Notes: generated by a model from the sequence alone, not told the origin. Shown: positions 43,989 through 54,459, counted from the first letter of the stretch. The stretch is 64,000 nt of DNA from Bacteroidales bacterium (GCA_025454815.1 JALONR010000014.1:2473-66472); one strand, 5' to 3'. Made by a program: numbers and translations.

Positions 43989-45761
43989 CTATTTATGGAT
44001 ACCTTCCACATGAGGACCGGAAAGATCATCGAAATAGAAGGTATGTGTCCCGTCACCGACTCCGGGATTTAGCATAATCCTTACAATGTTGTAGAAATCA
44101 TGGTTGTAGTAATCATCTGCAACCACATCATACGACACCGGATCAGGCCACCACTTCCATCCCTCAGAACCGGGCTGGACGTCAGCACCGCTGAAGTTGT
44201 AGGTGGCAAGCTCCCATTTATTTGTCTGCTGGATGGTATAAGTCAGTTCTGTCCCGGTCTGCCATGCATCTCCCCCCTTATCAGTGTTTTCAAGCTTAAG
44301 AAGGACTTTATCCCCTGCCGTGCCGTAAACCAGTATAGAGAAGGTATGCTGCTGCCTCAGATCAAACCTGAAGCCCGGACCAAGCTGCATATATGCGTTC
44401 GCCCACTGATTGTTAGTTTTAGTGTAGAAAGCAGTCTTGGCGGACCTGTTGGGTACCTCTTTCAGCGGATTGTCAACAATAGTTACACCACAGTCCTGGC
44501 CCACCACCGGGTAAATCTGCACCTCGCTGAAGTCATTGTATACTATTATCATGTCAAGAAGATAGGGAACATAGGCAGAGTTGTCATTTACAAGCTTGAT
44601 AACCTTTGTCCCTGTAAGCATACCCAGACTGGTATTAAGTTTTGCTGTCACTGTATAGTCACCCCGGCGCATAAAGGTATGATTCACAGTTTCATCCTTT
44701 CCTGCCGTAACTTCCGGACTGTTATCTCCAAAATTCCAGGTTACATTGGTAACGCTCTGTCCGTCAGGAATTACATAGTCAGTTATTGAGCAGGCCACAT
44801 TATTGTCTGTGCCCTCAACAGCATTGACCGTATAGGTTATTGTAGGTCTGACATATCCCTTGGGAATGAGCAAGTAATGCCATTTGGTCCAGCTTTCATA
44901 TGAGCTTTCACATGTAAGCTCCAGCAGGTTCTCATTAATCTGGAGGATTTTGTACTTATGATCCTTGGCGCCGACATCGAGACCGGGGAATATAGGTGTC
45001 GCGCTGTTGAGCACAATGTATTTTGCGCCTCCCTCTTCCAGGATTGTCCATGTTCCCGTAACCGGGGTTGCATAGTCAACATCCCAGTCATCCTTGTTCA
45101 GTCTCGGATTGAGATAGACTGATGCCAGCGCAGGGTCGTCCTTGGTATAACCTTTAACGTAACTGACACCTTTGTTGTCATACTTAACTATAAAGTCAGT
45201 CAGGATGAATGTCAGCTCATCATCATAAGCTCCTGTACCATCCTTCACATGAGGATCGGCAGACCACCAGTCAAGGCCTATACCGGCAGCGAGGGTAACA
45301 TCTCCCACACCGAAATGGCCTTTGGAATCAGCATCAACCACCCAGGTCTTTCCATCAGCATCGTCAACACCTCCGGTAAGGTTAACATATACCGGATCTG
45401 TGAAAATAGAGAAGTCTGTTTCAGTCTGCGTAAGGGTTTTGGTCAGGGTAGCCATCCCTCCCCTGGTAACAAGGGTCAGCTTGATTGTGTAGTCACCGGG
45501 CATTGGATACCTGGCAATATTGCTATTGCCCGATCCCTTGGTTCCGTTTCCGAAATCCCATGATGCTATACCGGTTATTGAGGAGGTATTTTCAATCACA
45601 AAGTTGAACTCATCACTTCCGGGTGTTATTGTGAAGTTGAGCTGGTCTGCAGCAGGGGCAGCTCCGATATCGGGCTTATCCGCCATCTGCGGTTCGCAGG
45701 CGGTTACGGCCAGCATGATTGCCAGCATGCCCGCTAATTTTGTATATCTGATTTTTTTCAT
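43989..45761 (-). CDS. PKD-domain surface lipoprotein (probable surface glycan-binding protein of the PUL)
   Basis: The start at MKKIRYTKLAGMLAIMLAVTAC gives a lipoprotein signal. It has two PKD-type segments (SWDFGNGTKG...GDYTIKLT; TWNFGDNSP...GDYTVTAKL). Its position immediately downstream of SusD is typical of SGBPs. Confidence 0.7.
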   Translation of the reverse strand: MKKIRYTKLAGMLAIMLAVTACEPQMADKPDIGAAPAADQLNFTITPGSDEFNFVIENTSSITGIASWDFGNGTKGSGNSNIARYPMPGDYTIKLTLVTRGGMATLTKTLTQTETDFSIFTDPVYVNLTGGVDDADGKTWVVDADSKGHFGVGDVTLAAGIGLDWWSADPHVKDGTGAYDDELTFILTDFIVKYDNKGVSYVKGYTKDDPALASVYLNPRLNKDDWDVDYATPVTGTWTILEEGGAKYIVLNSATPIFPGLDVGAKDHKYKILQINENLLELTCESSYESWTKWHYLLIPKGYVRPTITYTVNAVEGTDNNVACSITDYVIPDGQSVTNVTWNFGDNSPEVTAGKDETVNHTFMRRGDYTVTAKLNTSLGMLTGTKVIKLVNDNSAYVPYLLDMIIVYNDFSEVQIYPVVGQDCGVTIVDNPLKEVPNRSAKTAFYTKTNNQWANAYMQLGPGFRFDLRQQHTFSILVYGTAGDKVLLKLENTDKGGDAWQTGTELTYTIQQTNKWELATYNFSGADVQPGSEGWKWWPDPVSYDVVADDYYNHDFYNIVRIMLNPGVGDGTHTFYFDDLSGPHVEGIHK

Positions 45762-45784
45762 CGCACTTTGATTTATAGGATAAT

Positions 45785-47395
45785 TCATAATCCGGCGTAA
45801 GCTGGAACCATCTGCTTGAGAGCTCCGCTGTTCATATTCCTTATTTCTCCGGCAGGGATCGGGAACATGCCCCATGAATCTGCCTTGAATGTACGGGGCG
45901 CAAAGTCTGATGCGTTCGGGGTGCCAGAGGGAATATTGAAGCTGGCATTGATCTTATCAGCTGCATAATCAAGTCCTCTTCTCAGCAGGTCCCATTTCCT
46001 GAGTCCTTCACCGCCAAACTCAACACGCCTTTCATGGTAAATGTCATCGAGTGTGATGGAGGTTTTTGCTGCAGCCTCGCCAAGCGCCCTCTTGCGAACC
46101 TGGTTGAAGTAATCAAGGGCCTTGGAAGGGTTGTCGGTAAGCCATACCTCGGCGGCCATCAGAAGCACATCTGCATACCTGATATCCATGTGATTGCGTG
46201 GGAAGTTATGGCTTGGATCACCGCCTGAGCCCTGGTAGTCAGCCCTTGCCATATATTTCTTGTTGAAGTAGCCGGTATTCATGAAAGCCCTGTTGTAATT
46301 GGTAAGTAATTCTTCGGCATCATAGAGGGTCACGTACTTCCTCGGGTCGCCTGGTTCAAACTCGTTAGCAAGACTCCATGACGGAATTGAGAATGACCAT
46401 CCAGGGAAAACATTCGGATCGCCCTGCGGGTTACGAACGCTCAGCCAAACTGAAGAAAAATTGCCGTTTATATTCCAACCGCCCCAGTCGCCTGACTTGG
46501 CCTTATCAGAGTATTGTATCTCGAGGACCGCCTCGGCATTATTCTGGTTGTCCCAGTCAAAAAGATCTGCATATGAGGGAATGAGCGAATAAGCTCCGCT
46601 GGTTATAATCTGGTCAAGTGCGGACTGTACATAAGCCTTGTTGATAACAGTACTTCCTCCGGTCCATTGTTCAGCAGTAAGGCCCATTCCGCTGATTTTG
46701 CTCATACCGGTGTGATAGAGATAGATGCGTGCCATCAGGGCCTGTGCGGCGCCTTTTGAGATCCGTCCTTTTTCTGCTGCAGGTATCTGAACAGGCAGAA
46801 CGGCAACGGCATCAGCCAGATCAGAGGCGATGAGTGAAAAGATATCGGCAGGAGTCTTCTGTTCCACGCTTTTGTAGTCTTCAACGTTGGGGAGTACCTC
46901 AGTAATGACAGGCGCCCAGCCGAAATGCCGTACAAGATCCCAGTACAGATAAGCACGAAGGAACTTAACCTCTCCCTCATACCGTGCTTTCAGACCTTCG
47001 GTCTTCCAGTCTATTCCATCTTGCTTCTGCAGGTAGAGGTTTGCCCTGTAAATACCAGAATAACAACGGTTCCACAAGTCTGCAGATGAGTTATTTTCAG
47101 GTTCCATCTTAAACATTTCCATATCCTGCCACTGGCTCATATCAGAGGCATCAGAACCACCACAGAATGCGTCATCAGACCATATGTCAGCCATGGTAGG
47201 GGCAAACTGCCAGTTCTGTACCGAATAGGCATCATAAACCGCAGTGAGCGCCAGGAAAGCGTCTCCCTCGGTCTTGTAGTAATTGGCTTCTGTCTGACCG
47301 GTCTTTGGTTCCAGCTCAAGAAAATCCTTTGAGCATGACGAACCTGCAACCATCACAGCCAGGAAGAAGAGACTGTATAATATTGACTTTTTCAT
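45785..47395 (-). CDS. SusD/RagB family nutrient-binding lipoprotein
   Basis: The start at MKKSILYSLFFLAVMVAGSSC gives a lipoprotein signal. It has a C-terminal ERRVEFGGEGLRKWDLLRRG motif. Confidence 0.9.
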   Translation of the reverse strand: MKKSILYSLFFLAVMVAGSSCSKDFLELEPKTGQTEANYYKTEGDAFLALTAVYDAYSVQNWQFAPTMADIWSDDAFCGGSDASDMSQWQDMEMFKMEPENNSSADLWNRCYSGIYRANLYLQKQDGIDWKTEGLKARYEGEVKFLRAYLYWDLVRHFGWAPVITEVLPNVEDYKSVEQKTPADIFSLIASDLADAVAVLPVQIPAAEKGRISKGAAQALMARIYLYHTGMSKISGMGLTAEQWTGGSTVINKAYVQSALDQIITSGAYSLIPSYADLFDWDNQNNAEAVLEIQYSDKAKSGDWGGWNINGNFSSVWLSVRNPQGDPNVFPGWSFSIPSWSLANEFEPGDPRKYVTLYDAEELLTNYNRAFMNTGYFNKKYMARADYQGSGGDPSHNFPRNHMDIRYADVLLMAAEVWLTDNPSKALDYFNQVRKRALGEAAAKTSITLDDIYHERRVEFGGEGLRKWDLLRRGLDYAADKINASFNIPSGTPNASDFAPRTFKADSWGMFPIPAGEIRNMNSGALKQMVPAYAGL

Positions 47396-47417
47396 AACTC
47401 TGTTCTTTTTCGTGTTG

Positions 47418-50400
47418 TCAGAATGTAACATTTATGCCGGCCATGACTGTCCTGGGCTGCGGGTAAATCCCACGGTCAATGCCGTTGTCAAACACCCCTC
47501 CCCCGATCTCCGGGTCATATCCCGTATATTTTGTAACAGTATACAGGTTCTCAGCTGAGAGATAGACGCGCAGCTTGTTCAGCTTTACAGCATCTGAGAT
47601 ATTCTTCGGAAGCGTATAGCCCAGAGTGATGTTCCTTAACCTGAGGAAACTGCCATCCTGAATGTAGAAATCACTTACTGTCTTGCCGTTAAGGTTATTG
47701 TCTGTAAATGTCACCCTCGGATATTTGTCCGAGGTTCCTTCTCCCGTCCACCTGTTGAGCCACTCAGCCGTATAATTGGCATAGTTCATGTCATACCTCC
47801 TGGTGGCGCTGTAAATCTCCTGACCAAGGGCCGCATAGAGAAACATATTGAAGTCAAAGCCGTACATCTCGGCATTGAGATTGAGACCTCCCGTGAAATC
47901 GGGGAATGGACTGCCTATACGAACCCTGTCAGCATCACTTATGGTGCCGTCACCATTGAAGTCAACGAATTTTATGTCCCCGGGTTTCGCATTGGGCTGT
48001 ATCTTCCCGCCTGTTGTCCCCACATAGCTGTCTACCTCTCCCTGATTCTGGAAGATACCGTCAGTCCTGATGCCGTAGAACACACCCATAGGTGTACCTA
48101 CCTCAGCATAGATAACGCCACTCTGTCCGAAACCGCCGTCACCTCCCTGAAGCCTCTTTTCGGCATTCTGAATGTCAAGCACCTCGCTTCTGTTGAAAGC
48201 TCCGTTGAGAGAAACATTAAGATAGAGCTTTCCGATCTGTTTCCGGTAACTTAAATCAGCTTCTATACCTGAGTTCTGAACTGAACCGCCGTTGATAATC
48301 GGGGCTGAGTTTCCGACAAGCATAGGTACCGGTGCCGTTACCAGCCAGTCTTTTGTCTTCTTTATGTAATAATCAACCGTTAGTGAAAGGGAGGAGCCGA
48401 GTGTGGTCAGGTCAATACCGAAGTTGGTCTGCTCGGATGTTTCCCATTTCAGAGACGGATTGGCAATCCTTGTTGGCTGAGTGCCATTGTACTGGGTCTT
48501 GCCGTCTCCAAAATAGTAAATGTTGGAGTTTCCTATCACTGAGGTATAGCCAAAGTTTCCGATGCTCTCATTTCCGTTCTGCCCCCAGCTGGCTCTCAGT
48601 TTCAACATGTTGAACACATTAGCCAGGCTGCTGAAAAAATCTTCCCTGGAAATTACCCAGCCGATAGATGCCGATGGGAAATACCCGTATTTGTTCTCGT
48701 CTCCGAAACGTGAAGAACCGTCCCTCCTTATGGTTGCGGTCAGCATGTACCTGTTAAGGAGGTCATAGTTCACACGGGCAAAAAGTGATGCAACGGTATG
48801 CTCGGAATATCCGCCACCGGCATTCGCGCTTTCGGGGTCAGTTGCATTGTCCAGGTATGAATGGCCGAAATCATCAAAAATCAGGTCGTTCTTTGAACCC
48901 CATAAATTCTCATATATATCTTTGAATGCCGTTGTTCCTGCCATGAGGGTCAGGTTATGTACATCGAAAGATTTTGAATAGGTGAGGATATTCTCAAAGT
49001 TCCACCTGGAATACATATCAATCCCTTTGTATGCCTTGTCTACCACGCTGAAGTGCATGGCATCAAGGTAATACTCAGGAGTGTAGGTATCAGTGTTGAC
49101 CATCGCATATTCTCCGCCGAAGGATGAACGGAAAACCAGTCCCTCAAGAACACTGGCAATCTTTGAGAAGTCGAATTCGCCGTAAAGATTACCTATCAGT
49201 TTGTAGGTTCTCGTTCTGGAATTGTTGTAGCTTGCCAGGGCTACCGGGTTGGTGATCTCCTGAAGCCCAAAACCGTAAGCTTCTGAGGTTCCCCATGTAC
49301 CGTCAGAGAACATAACCGGTATAATCGGAGGCATATTCAGTGCCTGGTTGAGACCAAGGCCGTACCTGTCATTGGTGGCAATCCCCTTGCTGGTAATCCC
49401 GGCAAGGTTAACACTTCCTCCAAGCTTGAAAAACCCGAAGGTACCTGCCGCATTAAGTCGGTATCCGATTTTCTCGAAGCTTGACTTACCCTTTGCGACA
49501 ATTCCCTCCTGGCTGAAGTAATTCAATGAAGATGAATACTCTATCATGTCACTTCCACCGGTAAATGAGAGCGAATGATTCTGCTTGGGTGCGTTGTAGT
49601 AGAACATCTCATCCTGCCAGTCGGTGTCAGCTGTGAAGGCTTCAATCTGCGACTGGTTGAATCTCGGACCCAGTCCTGCATTAACCGAAGCTTCATTGAT
49701 GAGCATGATGTACTCGTCAGAATTAAGAAGCGGTATCTTCTTCCATGGATTCTGCCAACCATAGAAACCATCATACGTTACCGAAAGCTTTGTGTTGGTC
49801 TTACCTGTTTTTGTGGTGATAAGGACAACACCGTTTGCACCACGTGCACCATAAATTGCAGCTGATGCAGCATCTTTCAGGACTTCAATTGACTGGATAT
49901 CTGCAGCATTCAGGAAGTCTGTGCCGGAACCGCTCATGGGAAGACCGTCAATAATATAAAGGGGCTCAGCATCACCGTTGGTCCCTGCACCCCTGATGCG
50001 CACTGAGATCTGAGACCCTGGCTGGCCGGAGTTGGCCGTAATGACTACACCTGCCGTCTTGCCCTGAAGTGCCTGGGTGACACGCATGTCCGTGGCTTTG
50101 CGAAGATCATCACCCTCTACCTTAGCAATAGCTCCGGTAACAAGACTCTTCCGCTGGGTGCCATAACCCACAACAACAATCTCATCGATTAATTCAAGAT
50201 CGGAGACCATCACAATATCTATTGTGGTGCTCTCAGTCACCACAACTTCCCTGGTCTTCATCCCCACGAAGGAGAAGACCAGAATTGAGTTCACGGGCAC
50301 ATTGCCAAGATTATAGTACCCGTTCATTTCAGTCATCGTTCCGATGGTTGTTCCCTTGACGAAAACACTCACCCCCGGAACAGGTTGTCCGTCGTCTGCT

Positions 50401-50489
50401 GACGTTACAACTCCTTTAATCTGCAGTCCCTGCGCATTTAAAGCCAGAGAACTGGCAATGAAAAAAAGAGCCAGGATTGTCTGTTTCAT
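47418..50489 (-). CDS. SusC/RagA family TonB-linked outer membrane protein
   Basis: 1023 aa. Signal peptide, IKGVVTSADDGQPVPGVSVFVKG domain, DEIVVVGYG, EPLYIIDGLP and a C-terminal ...VMAGINVTF. Confidence 0.93.
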   Translation of the reverse strand: MKQTILALFFIASSLALNAQGLQIKGVVTSADDGQPVPGVSVFVKGTTIGTMTEMNGYYNLGNVPVNSILVFSFVGMKTREVVVTESTTIDIVMVSDLELIDEIVVVGYGTQRKSLVTGAIAKVEGDDLRKATDMRVTQALQGKTAGVVITANSGQPGSQISVRIRGAGTNGDAEPLYIIDGLPMSGSGTDFLNAADIQSIEVLKDAASAAIYGARGANGVVLITTKTGKTNTKLSVTYDGFYGWQNPWKKIPLLNSDEYIMLINEASVNAGLGPRFNQSQIEAFTADTDWQDEMFYYNAPKQNHSLSFTGGSDMIEYSSSLNYFSQEGIVAKGKSSFEKIGYRLNAAGTFGFFKLGGSVNLAGITSKGIATNDRYGLGLNQALNMPPIIPVMFSDGTWGTSEAYGFGLQEITNPVALASYNNSRTRTYKLIGNLYGEFDFSKIASVLEGLVFRSSFGGEYAMVNTDTYTPEYYLDAMHFSVVDKAYKGIDMYSRWNFENILTYSKSFDVHNLTLMAGTTAFKDIYENLWGSKNDLIFDDFGHSYLDNATDPESANAGGGYSEHTVASLFARVNYDLLNRYMLTATIRRDGSSRFGDENKYGYFPSASIGWVISREDFFSSLANVFNMLKLRASWGQNGNESIGNFGYTSVIGNSNIYYFGDGKTQYNGTQPTRIANPSLKWETSEQTNFGIDLTTLGSSLSLTVDYYIKKTKDWLVTAPVPMLVGNSAPIINGGSVQNSGIEADLSYRKQIGKLYLNVSLNGAFNRSEVLDIQNAEKRLQGGDGGFGQSGVIYAEVGTPMGVFYGIRTDGIFQNQGEVDSYVGTTGGKIQPNAKPGDIKFVDFNGDGTISDADRVRIGSPFPDFTGGLNLNAEMYGFDFNMFLYAALGQEIYSATRRYDMNYANYTAEWLNRWTGEGTSDKYPRVTFTDNNLNGKTVSDFYIQDGSFLRLRNITLGYTLPKNISDAVKLNKLRVYLSAENLYTVTKYTGYDPEIGGGVFDNGIDRGIYPQPRTVMAGINVTF

Positions 50490-50608
50490 AAATTCTGTTG
50501 AGTTTTAGAGTTTGGTTAATCAGGCTTGTCAGATGTGTCCGAAAACCATCCGATTGCAGAGTACCAAGTTAAGCAAGTGAAATAAATTATCACCTGTTAC
50601 CTTTACTT

Positions 50609-50616
50609 CAAAAATA
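50609..50616 (-). promoter_or_regulatory. Candidate -7 promoter box (TATTTTTG) for the PUL susC operon
   Basis: Forward caaaaata, about 120 nt upstream of the susC ATG at 50489. Confidence 0.3.
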
Positions 50617-50736
50617 CATCAGTAAAAATAACTGAATACATCATAAATTCATCACTCAATTTTTATATCTCTGATCTATAAATATATATAAAACCAAGAT
50701 TGAGTGTTATTAATACACCAATGACTTGAAGCAATA

Positions 50737-53652
50737 CTACAGAGCGATGATATTTCTAATGCTAAGCAGATGGGTTATAAGGTTTACATCCCTGGTAATG
50801 CCCATTTTTTTCCTGATCCTGTACCTGCAAATCTCTACACCTCTGATTGAAATATTCAGCAGCGGAGCTATCTCCTTCGACGGGAGGTTCATCTTCAGGC
50901 ACGCACAAAGCCTAAGTTCACCGGGTGTAAGGTCAGGATACTTTGCCTTCACGAGCTGGAGAAACTCTTCATGAACCTCATCAAAGGCACTTTCAAAGAT
51001 TTCTCTCTGCTTATTGTTGTCAACCTCCCTGGCAATGCGATGAAGTATCTCTAAAACCTTGATCCCGGTTGCCCTGTCATTACAACCCTCCATCAGGTTT
51101 TTAAGCTCATCCTTCATATGGTTGAGAAACTCATTTTTTCGTATAAGATGCATGGCCTGATTTGCCAGCTCCTTGTCTCGAAGTATCATCTCCGCCTGGA
51201 GCTTTTCATTCCTGATCCTTATAATCTCTTTCTCAGCCTCCAGCGCCTGCCGTTTATATTCCTGCTCCTTCGCCTCGTATATACGGCTGTTCTTCAGCCT
51301 CTCATTCCTTCTTGACAAATCAATTCTCCAGCTGATAAAACGTGCAAGCAGGAGAATAAGAATCATACCTGCAATGGCATAGGTGAGAAATGCCACCGGT
51401 GACTTATACCACGGATGATCAATGATAAAGTCAAGGGAATCGGGAATGCTTTCTATCCCGAGCTGATTTCTTGCCTTTATATGGAATGTAAACTTCCCGT
51501 CGTGGAGATTTGAATACTCCTTATAATAAGACCGGGTCCAGTCTGACCACCTCTCATCATACCCTTCAAGCCTGTAACTGTATTCGGTATTTCCGGCATT
51601 GTCATATACCGGAGAGGCAAAGGTAAATCTCAGGTTATTCTGAGCGTACCTGAACCGATAGGTTATCTCCTCTCCTGCTGCTGCCGGAGTTCTGCCATAA
51701 TAAAACACCGAATCCTGGTGAAGCGCTTCCCCCAGGGTTATGTAGGCCGAGAATCCTTCATAGCCCGGGTTTGAGGTACGCGAAGAATAGTGGGCGAAAC
51801 CATCCTCGGTTCCTATTATAACATGTTCAGGAGAATATGGATAGATTGATTCAAACCCGTGAATGAACCTTCCGGAGAGCTGAAGAAAAGGGGTTGCGAC
51901 GTGTTCGTAGGAGTGACCCTCCTTCAGCCTGAAGACCCCGGCCCTGTTCTTTGCAACATACCAAATATTTCCCTCTTTATCCTCGTGGAGATATGAAATA
52001 GCTACCAGGGGACTGAGAAGCTGGTTGAAGTAGGTCGACCTTACAAACCGGTCTTCTTCAGGCAGATATTCATAGATTTCAGTCTCTGACACAACAACCA
52101 GCTGTCCCCTGACACGAAAGATACCAAGATAAAAATTAGAGGGGAGGCCATCAGAAGAATCATAAAACCTGGCATTTATTACCGAATCGAGATCAGCCGA
52201 GAGCTTCACCCTGAATATCCCCTTGAAACCATGACTCATCCATATCTCCCCCTGCCTGTCCTCCTCGAAGACCCTGAATGACTCGGTCATACCAGGTATC
52301 TGCCTGACAAACTGCCATGTGCCCTGCTCCCAATGGAACAGTATTATTCCATTGTAGGTGCCACCAATCAGATATCCAGGCTGGCTTTTAAGTTCTATAA
52401 ACTTCCACCCGCCGGGAACACGGCTGATGAGTGAAGCCCTTTCGCCTGTCACTCTGTAAGTGCCGGTGTTATGTCCGCATAACAACTCTCCATTATGAAC
52501 ACCCAGGTACCAGACCTGCCCATAGGTTCCCTGAATCATCCTGAAATCGTCACCCGACTCCCTTTCAGGCCAGTCCCTGACATACAATCCCTGGTTTGTC
52601 CCGAGGTAAAGCTTACCTTCATGGATAACCGTTGCATAGCCTGCGCCGAAACCTTCCGGGCTGCGTATGTATGTCAGAGGTGAATTTACGGTCACATAAT
52701 CAATCCCGTTGTCAAGAGCCAGCCACAGGTTGCCGTTCCTGTCGCTGAACAGATCAAGAACAGTATTGTTCTGCAGTCCCTTTTTCTTGTTGATTTGTTG
52801 TATTATGTTCCCCTCACGGTCAATGATCATTATTCCGTTAAGAATTGTCCCGATTACGTAGTATTCATTATGAATCTTTACTGCACTGAATATTTGGTCA
52901 CGGCTTAGAATATTGCTAACCTCTGAATCCCATTTTCTGAGCCTTGTGCCATCATAGATGAAAAGTCCGTTACCAAGGGTGCAGATCAGTATCTCATTGC
53001 CCTGCCTGAATGGCAGTATTGACCATATATCCTGACCAGTCAAAGCCTCGCAGCCTGTAAGACTGACAAGTCGGGTCCCGTCGAACTCCATGAGTCCGTT
53101 TCCGGTATCATTGAACAGCAGTCTTCCGTTTACGGAGAATGTATTCTGGAAACGGGTTGGTGCCGCAACAACTGTCATTGGTATACCTTCGCGGTAAAAG
53201 TAAGCTGCGTAATATGACTGAAATATAGTCTTATCGCGGTAGGAGAAGATGTTCCATACATCGTCAAAATTCCTGTACTCTTCAGGAATCATATCTCTGA
53301 AAGAGCGGAATAATAGATTGCCGTTTTGAAGCGGGACCATAATGCCCAGGTCATTATAGGCTCCAATGTAGATTTCGCCCCTGGCCCCGATATGAATTGA
53401 TCTGACCATGGAGTGATTTGGCATCTGATAAAGATGCCACTGAACCCCGTCATATTTTAGCAGGCCGTCATTGTTGGCAAAGTACATGAATCCCTTTGCA
53501 TCCTGGGCCACGCACCAGTTCTGGGTACTTGCCTTGTAATCGCTCTTGCTGAAGTTCCTGATGAACGGCGTACCTGTTTCCTGCACCTGTGCCTCTGCAA
53601 CCGGCCATATGAGATGGAGACAAAAAGCCGTCAATATTAACTTCCTGATCAT
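50737..53652 (-). CDS. Transmembrane regulator: beta-propeller sensor repeats, Y_Y_Y domain, TM helix, coiled coil, LuxR-type HTH
   Basis: 971 aa. Signal peptide, many Reg_prop-like repeats, a triple-tyrosine region (EYSYRLEGYDERWSDW...FTFHIKARN), TM segment VAFLTYAIAGMILILLLARFI, and C-terminal LTPGELRLCACLKMNLPSKEIAPLLNISIRGVEICRYRIRKKMG. I see no kinase or receiver motifs. Confidence 0.85.
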   Translation of the reverse strand: MIRKLILTAFCLHLIWPVAEAQVQETGTPFIRNFSKSDYKASTQNWCVAQDAKGFMYFANNDGLLKYDGVQWHLYQMPNHSMVRSIHIGARGEIYIGAYNDLGIMVPLQNGNLLFRSFRDMIPEEYRNFDDVWNIFSYRDKTIFQSYYAAYFYREGIPMTVVAAPTRFQNTFSVNGRLLFNDTGNGLMEFDGTRLVSLTGCEALTGQDIWSILPFRQGNEILICTLGNGLFIYDGTRLRKWDSEVSNILSRDQIFSAVKIHNEYYVIGTILNGIMIIDREGNIIQQINKKKGLQNNTVLDLFSDRNGNLWLALDNGIDYVTVNSPLTYIRSPEGFGAGYATVIHEGKLYLGTNQGLYVRDWPERESGDDFRMIQGTYGQVWYLGVHNGELLCGHNTGTYRVTGERASLISRVPGGWKFIELKSQPGYLIGGTYNGIILFHWEQGTWQFVRQIPGMTESFRVFEEDRQGEIWMSHGFKGIFRVKLSADLDSVINARFYDSSDGLPSNFYLGIFRVRGQLVVVSETEIYEYLPEEDRFVRSTYFNQLLSPLVAISYLHEDKEGNIWYVAKNRAGVFRLKEGHSYEHVATPFLQLSGRFIHGFESIYPYSPEHVIIGTEDGFAHYSSRTSNPGYEGFSAYITLGEALHQDSVFYYGRTPAAAGEEITYRFRYAQNNLRFTFASPVYDNAGNTEYSYRLEGYDERWSDWTRSYYKEYSNLHDGKFTFHIKARNQLGIESIPDSLDFIIDHPWYKSPVAFLTYAIAGMILILLLARFISWRIDLSRRNERLKNSRIYEAKEQEYKRQALEAEKEIIRIRNEKLQAEMILRDKELANQAMHLIRKNEFLNHMKDELKNLMEGCNDRATGIKVLEILHRIAREVDNNKQREIFESAFDEVHEEFLQLVKAKYPDLTPGELRLCACLKMNLPSKEIAPLLNISIRGVEICRYRIRKKMGITRDVNLITHLLSIRNIIAL

Positions 53653-53728
53653 CCTGTTATTTTAGGCTCTCCAATTTAATTTTTTTTCATCAGCTTATTG
53701 CCAGAACATTCTCAATATTTTTACGGCG

Positions 53729-54421
53729 GTGAAAAACAGGATACAGCGAAAATTTCTCCTGTCGGTTTTAACAGGAATCATCGTCATTCTCCTGCTGCTT
53801 CCGCTCCAGTTCACGGGCGGGAAGCCAATGTTCCTGCTGGAGAGGATTTTCAACGGCGGCGGATATCTGCAGATATTTATCATTGCCCTCTTTGCTGCAG
53901 TCATGGAGTATAACATGCTTACCCCTGAACGCACCGGCTGGTGGAGAAGATTCAACTGGTCACTCTTTTCAGGCGTTTTCTTCATGCAACTGATCCTGGG
54001 GATTGCCGTTGATAATATCCGGTCCCATCTACCGGGGGGGGAACTCTCAGTGATGACTCTGATTTTCCTGTCGGCAGTGGTATTTTCAGGACGGGCATGG
54101 TGTAGCCAGTATTGCTGTTTTGGGGCAATTGATTCAGCATCTGCCGGCAGAAACGGAAGGTCAGCTTCCATCCGGCACTTCTTGGCCCTGAAAAACAGCT
54201 TCCTTATCCTTGCCATTGCAGTCGCCCTGCTGCTGAGTATCTCAAGAGCCGACAGGGAAACAGCCCTTATCGCGGGAATAGTAACCGGAAGCCTCTCTGC
54301 ATGCAGGCACTCCTCGATCACATGCCGTTTTCCCGGCCTTAAGGCCGAAACCGCCAGATATTCGTACATAACCGTAACTATTGTTCCCTACTCAATCGTT
54401 CCGGCCATGGCAAGAATCTGA
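53729..54421 (+). CDS. Hypothetical polytopic membrane protein; cysteine motif reminiscent of NapH/Fer4_5-type 4Fe-4S binding proteins
   Basis: 230 aa with several TM helices. The motif GRAWCSQYCCFGA resembles the RxWCxxxCPxGA motif. The C-terminal third is not membrane-like or ferredoxin-like and may be degraded. The antisense ORF at 53695-54369 looks non-coding (Arg-rich, no structure). Confidence 0.4.
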   Translation: MKNRIQRKFLLSVLTGIIVILLLLPLQFTGGKPMFLLERIFNGGGYLQIFIIALFAAVMEYNMLTPERTGWWRRFNWSLFSGVFFMQLILGIAVDNIRSHLPGGELSVMTLIFLSAVVFSGRAWCSQYCCFGAIDSASAGRNGRSASIRHFLALKNSFLILAIAVALLLSISRADRETALIAGIVTGSLSACRHSSITCRFPGLKAETARYSYITVTIVPYSIVPAMARI

Positions 54422-54459
54422 ATTATTTGCAGTTTTTGCAGGGAATTTTTATTTTTAGG

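Noticed and set aside
44100-44789. 229-aa plus-strand ORF antisense to the PKD lipoprotein gene. Similar shadow ORFs occur at 6521-7111, 27592-28191, 53695-54369, 16030-16455 and 18988-19416.
   Set aside because: Each lies wholly inside a confidently identified gene on the other strand, with Arg/Ser/Cys/Pro-rich translations and no motifs. These are typical shadow ORFs.
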